From positions 1 to 45,155 of the forward strand of contig PNNR01000048.1 of NCBI GenBank assembly GCA_013824375.1: DNA of 45,155 nt, given 5' to 3'. Of the stretch, positions 16,183 through 25,608 are shown one piece after another (within the stretch, counting starts at the first letter, position 1; each line of letters opens with the position of its first letter). The position numbers were made by a program, and so were the translations under genes. The DNA comes from Clostridiales bacterium (GTDB taxonomy: Bacteria > Bacillota > Clostridia > Christensenellales > CAG-138). Below the pieces are notes generated by a model that had not been told where the DNA came from, made no database searches, and saw nothing but the letters and a program-made list of their open reading frames with translations.

Positions 16183-18219
16183 CTAAAAAAGCGTCCGGTA
16201 ATAAAGCCCGGTCGTATGCGCGGTTTCCGTCTTTTCTCCGGAATAAAAGCGAGCGGTGACCACCGCGATTTCTTCGGGTGTTTCGCGCGTGAAGTAGAGA
16301 ATCTGGTGATCAAGACCGCGCATGTTCCGCTCAGCGATGTCCAGCGGCACGCTGTTTAATAGCGCCACCGAACGGTAATGGTCACATTCGATGGGAAAGC
16401 GCACCTGTATACGGTCGGTGAGCTCGCCCTTCTGTCCGCAGGCTGCGCAACCGACGGAAGCCTTGATCGGGCAGTTTCTCAGCTGCATCAACGGCAGAGA
16501 ACCATAGGAAACGATGCCGCGCGGCTGTTCTCCGCCGAGGAGTTTGATCGCCGCCATCGAGAGCTCAAACGAGAGCGTGAGGCTGGCAAGCCCCTGCGCC
16601 TCGTAGGACTGCAACGCTTCTGTGTTGGAGATATTCAGCCCGTAGCCGCCGTGCACGGTCAAGCCAAGGCGTTTTCCAAGCGCAATACCGTAAACATTGT
16701 TCGTCCAGACGCCGGACAAGCCTTGCGAGGCGAGCGTCTCCAGCGTTGCGTCAAATGCGGGTTCGTCTTCGGGGAACAGCACGGTCGGCAGCTGCGCAAT
16801 CAGCTTTTTGCCGAGCTGTGCGATCAGCTCCGCGTCGATCTCCTCCGCAGGCAGCAGGATCTTTTCAAACGAGCCCTCGCAAGCAATCTGTTGTTTCTTG
16901 CAAAACCTTGCCCAGAGAGCGGGTTTCTCCAAACCGGATTGATACCGTTCGGGTGGCAAAATCGAATATTCCTCCCGCCTGTGCGGCTGCGGGCGCCCTC
17001 GCAGAGCAAGAAGCTCGTCCAATGCTTCTCGGCGCATGGCATTCAGCGCGGAGGCGGGCATGGTGTAGCCCTCCGTGATTTCGGCAGTAAACGAGCGCAC
17101 AAAAAACGGCGTGCCGCCCGTCTTTTCCAGATTCTTTTTTGCGCTCTCTTCATCCAGCGCGCGGTGGATCGCCCTCTCCGGCGCGCCGCCTTGCACGGCG
17201 GCCGTGATCTTTCCATCGCTGACGGAGAGATAGCTCGCGCTTTCGTCCAGTGAGAAAGTTAGATCGACAGGAACAAGCGGTGTTTCATTGCGATAGAGGG
17301 CGGCAAGTGAACTGAGTACGATATCCGTGCCAGTGACATCTTCTTTCGTGCGGTAGCCGAACATCTGTCCGTCGCGCTTGCCCCGGAGGTATCCGTCCGT
17401 AAAGCCGCTGCGGGAGAATACCGCGCGGAGAGACTCCGCATCGTAGGATTTGCCTGAGAGCGCGAGCTTGCAGGCGGCGGTCGCGGCGGCGACGTATTCG
17501 GGACGCTTCATGCGCCCTTCGATTTTTAACGAATTCACGCCCGTGCCCGCAAGTGCTTGCAGATGCGAAAGCAGCGACATATCCTTGAGTGAGAGCGCAT
17601 AGGAGTGATCCCCGCTCGTCCAATTCAGGCGGCAAGGCTGAGCGCAGAGTCCGCGGTTGCCGCTTCTGCCGCCGAGCATAGCGGAAAGATAGCAGGCGCC
17701 AGAGACGCTCATACAATGCGCGCCGTGAATGAAAGCTTCCTTCTGGATCGATACCGCGGAGCAGATCGACTCAATTTCTGTCAGCGAAAGCTCGCGCGCG
17801 AGCACGATACTGTCGAATCCGGCGCTCTCAAGAAATCGTGCGCCGTCGATGTTGTGTACGGCGGTCTGCGTGGAGGCATAGCGCTTGAGGGTGGGGTAGC
17901 GCGTCTGAAACAGGCGCAGCACCGCCATATCCTGGATGATCACCGCGTCCGCGCCTGCCTGCGCGATGCGGTCCGCTTCTTCCTCCAACGCGGAGAGCTC
18001 CGCGTCCAGCACGATTGTGTTGACGGTGACGTATACCTTCACCCCGCGCGCGTGGCAATAAGAGACGGCCTTTTGCAGGTCTGTCTCGGTAAAATTCGCG
18101 GCATTTCGGCGCGCGTTGAAGTTTTGCCCGCCGAGATAGACCGCGTCCGCGCCGCAGCGCACTGCGGCGATCAGCTGCTCTTCACCGCCGACAGGGGAGA
18201 GGATTTCCGGTGTTTGCAT
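16183..18219 (-). CDS. U32 family peptidase-like protein (long form with C-terminal extension)
   Basis: N-terminus PEILSPVGGEEQLIAAVRCGADAVYLGGQNFNARRNA and EAFIHGAHCMSVSGACYLS...CAQPCR are typical of the U32 (PrtC/YhbU-type) family; 678 aa. Confidence 0.85.
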   Translation of the reverse strand: MQTPEILSPVGGEEQLIAAVRCGADAVYLGGQNFNARRNAANFTETDLQKAVSYCHARGVKVYVTVNTIVLDAELSALEEEADRIAQAGADAVIIQDMAVLRLFQTRYPTLKRYASTQTAVHNIDGARFLESAGFDSIVLARELSLTEIESICSAVSIQKEAFIHGAHCMSVSGACYLSAMLGGRSGNRGLCAQPCRLNWTSGDHSYALSLKDMSLLSHLQALAGTGVNSLKIEGRMKRPEYVAAATAACKLALSGKSYDAESLRAVFSRSGFTDGYLRGKRDGQMFGYRTKEDVTGTDIVLSSLAALYRNETPLVPVDLTFSLDESASYLSVSDGKITAAVQGGAPERAIHRALDEESAKKNLEKTGGTPFFVRSFTAEITEGYTMPASALNAMRREALDELLALRGRPQPHRREEYSILPPERYQSGLEKPALWARFCKKQQIACEGSFEKILLPAEEIDAELIAQLGKKLIAQLPTVLFPEDEPAFDATLETLASQGLSGVWTNNVYGIALGKRLGLTVHGGYGLNISNTEALQSYEAQGLASLTLSFELSMAAIKLLGGEQPRGIVSYGSLPLMQLRNCPIKASVGCAACGQKGELTDRIQVRFPIECDHYRSVALLNSVPLDIAERNMRGLDHQILYFTRETPEEIAVVTARFYSGEKTETAHTTGLYYRTLF

Positions 18220-18408
18220 GAGTCAAGGCTCCTTTACGACAATAGCCGCCTTGTAGTAAGACTATTGTATAACAAAACTCCAATTCCGAGAAATGAAAAT
18301 GTATTTAGCAAAAGGGGCACAGTTTGGATGATGGCATCGGCGACATCAACACCGGCGGGGCGCGCTTCACACCGATGTGGCCGATGGCGAGGGGCGGGCG
18401 GAAAAGAT

Positions 18409-18438
18409 TTTACATTCGGCGGGTACATATGCTAATAT
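18409..18438 (+). promoter_or_regulatory. Sigma-A type promoter of the MFS gene
   Basis: TTTACA (18409-18414), 18-nt spacer ending in TGC, TAATAT (18433-18438). Confidence 0.5.
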
Positions 18439-18467
18439 GACCTAACACAGCACAGATTGAGGTAATC

Positions 18468-19688
18468 ATGCCAGAAAAACGAAGAAATGAGCTCTACTTG
18501 TTCTTTGCCGTGATCGTGGCGGTTAACCTTGCCGCGGGTTTCAGCGAAGGGCTGTTCTCGAACTATTTTAAGGACGTCTATCACACGGACGGGTTTCAAC
18601 GCGGACTCATCGAGCTGCCGCGCGAGATGCCGGGCGTGATTACGTTTTTCCTCATCAGCGCGATGTCGTTTCTTGGCGATATCACCATTGCGATCTTCGC
18701 GCAGGGCATCGCGGCATTCGGCTTGATGGTACTGGGCCTTGTGACGCCATCCTTTGGTGTGATGCTCGTGTTTCTGTTCATCAACTCGCTCGGCATGCAT
18801 ATCTATATGCCGCTGCGGGACAGCATCGGCATGTCGCTTGCAGAGCCGGAACAGATCGGGAAGCGCATGGGACAGTTCGGCGGAACAAGCTACGCCGTAT
18901 TGACGGTTGCCGGGCTGACGGTGTTTTTCCTGTTCCGGTTTGGGGTGTTTCGCTTTGCGAGCCAAACCAAATGGCCGTTCGTCATCGCGGCGATTTTCTA
19001 TCTGTGCGCGATGCTGATGATGATAAAACTAAAACTAAAGACCGGGCAAATACGCGGCAAGCGCGAAAAGCCCAAACTGATCTTCCGGAAAGAATACAAG
19101 TTTTATTATCTGCTTGCGATCGTATTCGGCGTACAGAAGCAGGTGATGCTCGTGTTCGGGCCTTGGGTGCTCATCGAAACGTTGAACCAACGCGTGGACG
19201 TCATCGTCATGCTTGGTATCATGGCTTCGACACTCGGCATGTTCTTTATGCCACAGCTAGGCAGGTGGATCGATCGCTTTGGGGTAAAGAAACTACTCTA
19301 TGCCGACGCGATTTCATTCATATTTGTCTACTTGTGCTACGGCGTATTGTCGCATGGCTTCAATGCGGGAATCTTGGCGAGAGTCGGACTGCCCCTGATT
19401 CTGACTTGTGCGCTGTTTATCATTGACAGATTGTCGTCTCAAATGGGCATCATCCGCGTGATCTACCTAAAATCCATCGCATTGATGCCATCAGACGTGA
19501 CGCCAACGCTTTCGTTGGCGATGATGATGGATCACATTGTTTCTATAATCGTTGGCGTGTCGGGCGGTCTACTGTGGGTAACGTTTGGATCGCATTACAT
19601 CTTCTATGCGGTCGCTGCGCTCTCCCTCGTGAATCTTGCGGTGGCAATCCTCGTCAAGGAACCGCGCAAGGTGGAGGTTCGCCTGTAG
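18468..19688 (+). CDS. MFS-type transporter (about 12 TM)
   Basis: 406 aa, hydrophobic throughout, with two 6-TM halves separated by a basic loop (KTGQIRGKREKPKLIFRKEYK). Confidence 0.75.
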   Translation: MPEKRRNELYLFFAVIVAVNLAAGFSEGLFSNYFKDVYHTDGFQRGLIELPREMPGVITFFLISAMSFLGDITIAIFAQGIAAFGLMVLGLVTPSFGVMLVFLFINSLGMHIYMPLRDSIGMSLAEPEQIGKRMGQFGGTSYAVLTVAGLTVFFLFRFGVFRFASQTKWPFVIAAIFYLCAMLMMIKLKLKTGQIRGKREKPKLIFRKEYKFYYLLAIVFGVQKQVMLVFGPWVLIETLNQRVDVIVMLGIMASTLGMFFMPQLGRWIDRFGVKKLLYADAISFIFVYLCYGVLSHGFNAGILARVGLPLILTCALFIIDRLSSQMGIIRVIYLKSIALMPSDVTPTLSLAMMMDHIVSIIVGVSGGLLWVTFGSHYIFYAVAALSLVNLAVAILVKEPRKVEVRL

Positions 19689-19773
19689 GGGTTGAGGGCT
19701 GCTGCTGGAGCGGCCCGTCTGCGGCTCAAAAGCGAACATCCAATCCGGCAGAAAAGATGATAGCAGACCAATC

Positions 19774-19807
19774 AAAAACTGACGCCTTATCGGCGTCAGT
19801 TTTGTTT
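19774..19807. terminator. Bidirectional terminator between the MFS gene (+) and the repeat-protein gene (-)
   Basis: ACTGACGCC-TTATC-GGCGTCAGT 9-bp stem flanked by A5 upstream and TTTGTTT downstream. Confidence 0.8.
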
Positions 19808-19821
19808 GAGTAATGGAGGTT

Positions 19822-21903
19822 TTATCTGCGATGACGACGGCGGCGCGGAGTGTTGGCGATCTGCATGATCAACAGCACTACGCCGAAGAGAAGCACGATT
19901 CCGCCGCAGATATAGATCCAGGAGTAAGTGGTTGTCTTCACCGGATCAAGGATCTGGGGCACAGCGGCTTCTTCCAGATTACGCGCTGTACCGCTTTGCT
20001 CAATAGAGGTCGGGGTATAGTTGCCGTCCCCCGTGCGTGTGACGGAGAGGGAATACGACTCGCCTTCGAGTGCGGTGACGGTGACGGTATATGCACCCGC
20101 TTCCGCGCCCTGATCTACCTTGCAGCCCTGAGGAGCAAAGTCAATCGTACCGTTTCCGCTGCCGCCCGTGAGGCGAATGTCAAATGTGCTGCCCGGAAAA
20201 GCATTGTTGTTCCAGCCGCTCATGGCAAGGGCTGCCTGCACGGCGCCGGTGGTGATTCCTTCAAACGTGGCGGCGGCAGAGGGTTCATAGGTTGCATCGC
20301 CCGCTCTATTCACGACGACAGAGTAATCTTTCCCTGCCAGCGGGTAGACGGAGATCACATACACGTTGCTTTCGCCGTTCTTGAGCCGTGCCGCGCAGCC
20401 GTCGTTGGTGGAGAGTGTCGTAGCACCTGTTCCGTTGCCACCTGTTACGGTGATTTCAAATACACTGCCGGCAGGCGCATTTGCGTTCCAATTTTCGATC
20501 TGGAGTGCGTTTTGCGTGCCCTTACCGGATTGACCGTGATAGGTGCGCGTCTGTTGCGCTTCGTATTGATCCGTTTCCCCCATCACTGCATTGAGTGAGT
20601 AGCCGCCTGCAGAAGTGATGGTGACGGAAAACTTGGTCTCGGTCGTACCCGTTGCGGGAGAAACAGTACAACCACTTGCCACAAAGCTGATTGGAGCTCC
20701 ATCGACGCCGCCCACGATTTTGATCGGGAAAGTGTCGTTGCAGTTCTTTGTCTCTGCCCAACCGGAGACTGAAAGCGTATGCGCGCGCGTTTTAACGGAA
20801 ACGCCACTCTCGGAAGCGGAGACGCTGTTGTAGCCGTAATTGCCAGGGCGTGTCGCTGTCAGGGCGTAGGGTCCGACTGCATCCACGGTAACTTCATATT
20901 CTTCCGAAGAAAGCTTGACGACTGAGCAATTGACAGGAGAGAGTGCAATTGCCTCATTGGTGCTGCCGCCGTAGATGCGAACCATAAAAGTTTCGCCGCT
21001 CTTTGCTTCGCTGATCCAGTTTTCGATATGCATCTGAGACTGGGTGGATTTGCTAGAGCATCCGCTCAGTAGCGCTGAATAGACATTGTTATAATTGGTG
21101 TTGCCGTCCATCATCGCGGTGAGCGAATAGCCGCCCACGCGGTTGACGGTGACCTCAAACTCAGTTCCGGTGGTTCCGACCGCGGGTGTTACCGTGCAGC
21201 CGTCCGTCTGGAAGGAGATTGCGCCGTTGGTGCTGCCGCCGGCGACTTGAATCTTGAAGCGGTCGTAATAGTCATCTCCGCCACCCCAACCGAGGATGCT
21301 TAACGGCATCTGATCTGCTCTGCCCGCAAGACCCGTGCGGGTTTCGCGCGCAAGGTCGGAATCACCATTTTTCTCAGCTGTCAGCGTATACGCGCCGGAG
21401 CCGGTAACGGTGACGGTATAGACGTCCGCACCCGTTCCGCTCATCGGGAAGATAGTGCAATTGGTCGCAGAGAAGGAGACGGGTTCTGTCTCGGAAACAC
21501 CCTTGAGGGTAACACAAAAACTTTCGCCACAATTCTTTGCACCCTGCCAGGAGACGATCGAGATCGCGTTTGCGTCGCGAATCGCAAAATCGGACACGCC
21601 GGCTTGCGGCATGTCCTCGGTGGACTGAAATTCTACGATGGCTTCTTCGACGGCCGGTGCAGGGGCTGCTTGCTGCTGATTTTCCTCCACTTGAAAAGAC
21701 TGGAGCAACGTTCTGGTCGCAGCACTGGCGGGTTTATATGCAAAAATAACGGCTAATCCAAAGAACAAAATGAATGCAACGAATGCATATACTCTTCGCT
21801 TTAAACGTTTGCGGGAATAACGAACAGACCGTACGCTATGCTGCGAACGGCATGGGGGAGCGGAATTTGATGATGTGTACCTACCCGTTTGTCCCATCGT
21901 CAT
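19822..21903 (-). CDS. Cell-envelope protein with six tandem ~90-aa beta-rich domains, an N-terminal signal/anchor and a C-terminal TM with a poly-Arg tail
   Basis: N-terminal basic region plus helix VYAFVAFILFFGLAVIFAYKPASA. C-terminal WIYICGGIVLLFGVVLLIM followed by QIANTPRRRRHRR. Six repeats share W-x30-C and Y(S/T)L(T/S)A. Start is ATG 21903 or 21897. Confidence 0.8.
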   Translation of the reverse strand: MTMGQTGRYTSSNSAPPCRSQHSVRSVRYSRKRLKRRVYAFVAFILFFGLAVIFAYKPASAATRTLLQSFQVEENQQQAAPAPAVEEAIVEFQSTEDMPQAGVSDFAIRDANAISIVSWQGAKNCGESFCVTLKGVSETEPVSFSATNCTIFPMSGTGADVYTVTVTGSGAYTLTAEKNGDSDLARETRTGLAGRADQMPLSILGWGGGDDYYDRFKIQVAGGSTNGAISFQTDGCTVTPAVGTTGTEFEVTVNRVGGYSLTAMMDGNTNYNNVYSALLSGCSSKSTQSQMHIENWISEAKSGETFMVRIYGGSTNEAIALSPVNCSVVKLSSEEYEVTVDAVGPYALTATRPGNYGYNSVSASESGVSVKTRAHTLSVSGWAETKNCNDTFPIKIVGGVDGAPISFVASGCTVSPATGTTETKFSVTITSAGGYSLNAVMGETDQYEAQQTRTYHGQSGKGTQNALQIENWNANAPAGSVFEITVTGGNGTGATTLSTNDGCAARLKNGESNVYVISVYPLAGKDYSVVVNRAGDATYEPSAAATFEGITTGAVQAALAMSGWNNNAFPGSTFDIRLTGGSGNGTIDFAPQGCKVDQGAEAGAYTVTVTALEGESYSLSVTRTGDGNYTPTSIEQSGTARNLEEAAVPQILDPVKTTTYSWIYICGGIVLLFGVVLLIMQIANTPRRRRHRR
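19984..21576 (-). repeat. Six tandem protein-level domain repeats (period 86-92 aa) inside the envelope protein
   Basis: Conserved Trp at residues 119, 206, 296, 382, 472 and 564. Conserved Cys at 149, 236, 326, 412, 503 and 594. Shared pattern (I/V)xxW...F.(I/V)...GG....(I/V)...xxxC.(V/A)...Y.VTV...G.Y.L.A. Confidence 0.8.
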
Positions 21904-22200
21904 TTCCCCCGAAGTAACGTTGCGAGAACTGCCATGATGCGGATTCCGTATAATCCGTTATCTCGTAACAAAAGCGTTACGGTATATTCATGAAAATTTA
22001 ATATAATACTACCTTGTTGAGTATACAATGTCAAGGGAAATTTTACAAACCCTTGTATTTGGATGAAAATTCATGCACAATCTGTTGGGGTTGACATGCA
22101 TGTTCATAAAATGTTTTTTTCCAAATATTTTGTGGGATTTGTATCAAAAATCTGTTCTTTTTTCGCGGGTGGGGGATAGATGTACTTTTTAAGTTCGGTT

Positions 22201-22209
22201 TGGTATAAT
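22201..22209 (+). promoter_or_regulatory. Extended -10 element upstream of moeA
   Basis: TGGTATAAT (TGn + TATAAT at 22204-22209); no good -35. Two small perfect hairpins follow in the ~65-nt leader (GCATC..GATGC and TTACCT-TATG-AGGTAA). Confidence 0.35.
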
Positions 22210-22280
22210 GCATCATATTGATGCAAGAAAATACAATATTTTAATTACCTTATGAGGTAACTGCAAATATACGGAAGAGG

Positions 22281-23498
22281 ATGGTCGAAAAAAGGATGCT
22301 GCAGGTTCTTGTGTTGGACGAAGCGCGGCAATTGCTGCTGAATATGGCGGGAAAACGCGCGGTTTCGACGGAACGGGCGGCGATTGACAACCTTTGCGGC
22401 CGGGTTTTGGCCAAAGATATGCGTTCGACCGAGGATTTGCCGCAATTTGACCGCAGCGCGGTCGATGGATTTGCGGTCGTGAGCAGAGATACGTTCGGCG
22501 CGTCCGCGGCGCAGCCAACGTTGCTTTGCCTCTCCGGCGAGGTGAAGATGGGGGAACGTGCACAATTTTCGATCAACACGGGGGTCTGTGCACTCGTCTG
22601 GACGGGCGGCGAACTGCCGCAGGGCGCGGACGCAATGACTATGCTGGAGGAAACGCAGCCGCTCGCAGGCAACCTGATCGCTGTGGAATCAGCGGCAGCG
22701 CCGGGGAGGCACATCGTGTTCCGCGGGGACGACGTGCGCGCGGGGGATTTGATCCTGCCCGCGGGAACGCGCCTTTGCGCGCGTGATATCGGCCTTCTCG
22801 CTGCGCTGGGTATTCCGGAGACGGAGGTCGCGGCCCGCCCGCAGATCGGAATTCTCTCCACGGGCGACGAACTGATCCCGCCCGGTCAAACGCCGACCGG
22901 CGGCCAGATCCGCGACGCAAACGGGCCTATGTTGCTTGCCGCCTGCGCGGAAGCGGGCGCAGACGTAGTGCATCTCGGCATTGTGCCGGATGACGAAGAA
23001 AAACTGCTCACCGCCATGAAAGAAGCATGCACCAACTGCGGATTGCTGCTGCTCAGCGGATCAAGCTCCGCAGGAGCGAAGGACGCGGCGGCGCGTTGCC
23101 TCACGAAACTTGGCGAAGTGGCGTTCCACGGCCTCGCGCTCAAGCCGGGCAAACCCGCGTTTGCGGGACAAATCGGCGGTACGCTCGTCGTGGGGCTGCC
23201 GGGGCATCCGGCGGCGGCGTATCTGGTGTTTCACGCGCTGGTACGTCCGTTGATTGCAGCAATGTCGGGCGAACGCTTCGTACAGCACACGGTGACGGCG
23301 ACGCTCGCGCAGGCAGCACCGAGCAACCACGGGCGGGAGGAGCTGCTCCCTGTGCGGTTGGACGGTGGATTTGCCGAGCCTGTCGCGCTCAAATCCGGCC
23401 TAATCTCGCCTTTAACCCGTGCAGACGGATACATCCGTATTCATAGGGACACCGAAGGCCTGGCCAAAGGCACACTGCAGGAAGTCATTCTCTTTTAA
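22281..23498 (+). CDS. moeA: Molybdopterin molybdenumtransferase
   Basis: 405 aa with MoeA hallmarks: DLPQFDRSAVDGFAV, GADAMTMLE, ILSTGDEL, IRDANG, SGSSSAGAKD, LALKPGKP. Confidence 0.9.
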   Translation: MVEKRMLQVLVLDEARQLLLNMAGKRAVSTERAAIDNLCGRVLAKDMRSTEDLPQFDRSAVDGFAVVSRDTFGASAAQPTLLCLSGEVKMGERAQFSINTGVCALVWTGGELPQGADAMTMLEETQPLAGNLIAVESAAAPGRHIVFRGDDVRAGDLILPAGTRLCARDIGLLAALGIPETEVAARPQIGILSTGDELIPPGQTPTGGQIRDANGPMLLAACAEAGADVVHLGIVPDDEEKLLTAMKEACTNCGLLLLSGSSSAGAKDAAARCLTKLGEVAFHGLALKPGKPAFAGQIGGTLVVGLPGHPAAAYLVFHALVRPLIAAMSGERFVQHTVTATLAQAAPSNHGREELLPVRLDGGFAEPVALKSGLISPLTRADGYIRIHRDTEGLAKGTLQEVILF

Positions 23499-23548
23499 TA
23501 TACGCATTCAATCGTTGAGCGATTCTAGAAAGATACCGAGGGTCATAC

Positions 23549-25483
23549 ATGAGCAAATACGAGTACCTGAGCAATACACAGCTGCATGAGGCGCTGAAGA
23601 TATATCTCGCGTTTCTGGAAGCGCGTTCTCTATCCTCCCGCTCGGAGGAAATCCACGTGACACAAGCGATTGGCCGTGTGAGCGCGCGCGCGGCGTATGC
23701 GCGGCAATCGAGCCCGCACTACACCGCTTGCGCGATGGACGGAATTGCCGTTACCGCGCGCATTACATTTGGCGCAACAGAGACTACGCCCATTCTACTG
23801 GACGCGAGCGAGTTTATCCGTGTGGACACCGGCGACCCGCTGCCGGAAGGCTGCGATGCCGTCGTGATGACGGAGGATTGCGTGGAAGACGATGGCGGCA
23901 TTGCGCTCCGCGCCGCCGTTGCGCCCTGGCAGCACGTCCGCCAGATCGGCGAGGATGTCTCCGCGGGGGATATGATACTGCCTTCCTATATCGAGATCGA
24001 ACCCGCCACCATCGGCGCGCTGCTCGCGGGCGGCGTTCGCATGATTGAGGTGCTGGCAAAGCCGCGCGTTGGCATCATCCCCACGGGCGACGAGATCGTG
24101 CCCCTGGGCGATAACCCACGCACGGGCGAGATACCGGAGTCCAACTCCGCCGTGTTTTCGGCGATGCTGCAACGCTGGGGCGCGGTCAGCGCGGTCTATC
24201 CCGTGGTGAAGGACGATCCCGACTTGATTCAAACCGCGCTGAAGCGGGCAGTGGGGGAATGCGACCTCGTGCTGCTCTGCGCGGGCACTTCGGCAGGGCG
24301 CGACGACGGCACCGCTGCCGCCATCCGCGCGCTGGGTGAAGTCTGCGTCCACGGCATCGCCATCCGTCCGGGCAAGCCCGCCGTGCTGGGCGCGGTCGGC
24401 AGCAAGCCCGTTATCGGCGTGCCCGGCTATCCCGTCTCCGGTATCATCGTGCTGGAGGAGCTGGTCAAGCCCGTGCTTGACCGCCTGCTCAAGCGAGAGA
24501 GGGAGATCCAGGAGAGCGTTTGCGTCAAGATGGGAAGAAGATACGTGTCTTCCCTGAAATACCGCGAGTTTGTCCGCGCGACGCTGGGTTTCGACACGGA
24601 GGGCAGCCTGACTGCTGTGCCGATTCAAGCGGGCGCGGGCGTGATCACGTCTCTGACCAAAGCGGACTGCATCCTGGACGTGCCGCAGAACAGCGAAGGA
24701 TTTGAGGCGGGCGAGCGCGCGCATGTGCGCCTGTTAAAGCCTATCGACCGCATCGCGCGGACGGTGCGCATCCTCGGCAGCCACGATCCGCTCATCGACG
24801 AGGCGGCGGACGAGCTGCGGCGCGGGGACATCCGCGCGTATGTCAGCAGCGCGCATGTCGGCAGCATGGGTGCGATCCTCGCGATCGGACGCGGCGAAGG
24901 GCAGCTCGGCGGCGTGCATCTGCTGGATGAAACCGACGGCAGCTATAACGTATCCTATATAGAACGTATTATTCCCGACGGCGGCGTGGCGCTGGTCGAG
25001 TGCGTGCGCCGTGCGCAGGGGCTCATCGTTGAAAAGGGCAATCCGCTGGGCATTCAGTCGGTCGACGACCTGATAAAACCCGGCGTGCGCTATGCAAACC
25101 GGCAGAAGGGCGCGGGTACGCGTGTGCTGCTGGATTACCTGCTCCGGCAGGCGAAGATCGCGCCGCAGCAGATCGCAGGGTATGACCGCGAGGAACTGAC
25201 GCATACCGCCGTCGCCGCGCAGATCGCGGCGGGCAGCGCGGACTGCGGCCTCGGAATCCTCTCCGCGGCGCGGATGTACGACCTCGACTTCGTGCCTGTC
25301 TGCGAGGAGACGTATGACCTTCTCATCGCGCTTTCCGCGATGGAGCAGCCGCAGGGGCGTGCGTTTTTGCGTGTGCTCGCGAGCGAACCGTTCCTACGCA
25401 GGCTAGATGCGCTCGGCGGATACAGCTACGACAAGCCGGGACGAATCAAAAAGATCTGGCCGGAAAAGCAACAGGAGCCGTAA
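23549..25483 (+). CDS. MoeA fused to a C-terminal periplasmic-binding-protein-like (putative molybdate/tungstate-binding) domain
   Basis: Residues 1-400 are a second MoeA (HYTACAMDGIAV, IIPTGDEI, IPESNS, GTSAGRDD, IAIRPGKP). Residues ~410-640 look like a type-2 PBP domain (RILGSHDPLID...GGVHLLD...ANRQKGAGTRVLLD...ADCGLGI). Confidence 0.85.
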   Translation: MSKYEYLSNTQLHEALKIYLAFLEARSLSSRSEEIHVTQAIGRVSARAAYARQSSPHYTACAMDGIAVTARITFGATETTPILLDASEFIRVDTGDPLPEGCDAVVMTEDCVEDDGGIALRAAVAPWQHVRQIGEDVSAGDMILPSYIEIEPATIGALLAGGVRMIEVLAKPRVGIIPTGDEIVPLGDNPRTGEIPESNSAVFSAMLQRWGAVSAVYPVVKDDPDLIQTALKRAVGECDLVLLCAGTSAGRDDGTAAAIRALGEVCVHGIAIRPGKPAVLGAVGSKPVIGVPGYPVSGIIVLEELVKPVLDRLLKREREIQESVCVKMGRRYVSSLKYREFVRATLGFDTEGSLTAVPIQAGAGVITSLTKADCILDVPQNSEGFEAGERAHVRLLKPIDRIARTVRILGSHDPLIDEAADELRRGDIRAYVSSAHVGSMGAILAIGRGEGQLGGVHLLDETDGSYNVSYIERIIPDGGVALVECVRRAQGLIVEKGNPLGIQSVDDLIKPGVRYANRQKGAGTRVLLDYLLRQAKIAPQQIAGYDREELTHTAVAAQIAAGSADCGLGILSAARMYDLDFVPVCEETYDLLIALSAMEQPQGRAFLRVLASEPFLRRLDALGGYSYDKPGRIKKIWPEKQQEP

Positions 25484-25570
25484 ACCAAACCGGAATCCAA
25501 CCAAAACGACCTGGATACGGTTTCTCCGGAGCGTTATTCTTTTAAAAATAATATTTCTTCGCAAACAATC

Positions 25571-25608
25571 TGTATTTGCTTGCAAAAATGTATTTGCCGC
25601 CGTATGAT
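25571..25608 (+). promoter_or_regulatory. Sigma-A type promoter of the moaC operon, bracketed by a 9-bp direct repeat
   Basis: TTGCAA (25580-25585), 17-nt spacer, TATGAT (25603-25608); TGTATTTGC at 25571-25579 and 25589-25597 flanks the -35. Confidence 0.6.

Noticed and set aside
15840-16313. 157-aa minus-strand track ORF spanning the U32 gene 3' end and the downstream intergenic region
   Set aside because: The upstream two-thirds overlaps the U32 coding sequence out of frame. Only the last 50 codons (from ATG 15992) could be independent, and even that has weak support. It is kept as a low-confidence note in the findings.
19822-19960. Sortase (LPXTG-type) sorting signal at the C-terminus of the six-repeat protein
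   Set aside because: A hydrophobic helix and an Arg tail are present, but no LPXTG, SPKTG, PPKTG or NPQTN-like pentapeptide precedes them. It is reported as sortase-signal-like only.
19813-20598. 261-aa plus-strand ORF overlapping the 3' part of the six-repeat protein gene
   Set aside because: It is antisense to a clearly periodic, motif-bearing ORF. It has no RBS and begins inside the bidirectional terminator region.
21904-22028. Possible c-di-GMP riboswitch in the ~115-nt leader of the six-repeat protein gene (two perfect 6-bp hairpins)
   Set aside because: No GEMM-I or GEMM-II signature sequences (GCAAA / ACGCAAAGC type) are present. The hairpins are small and generic.
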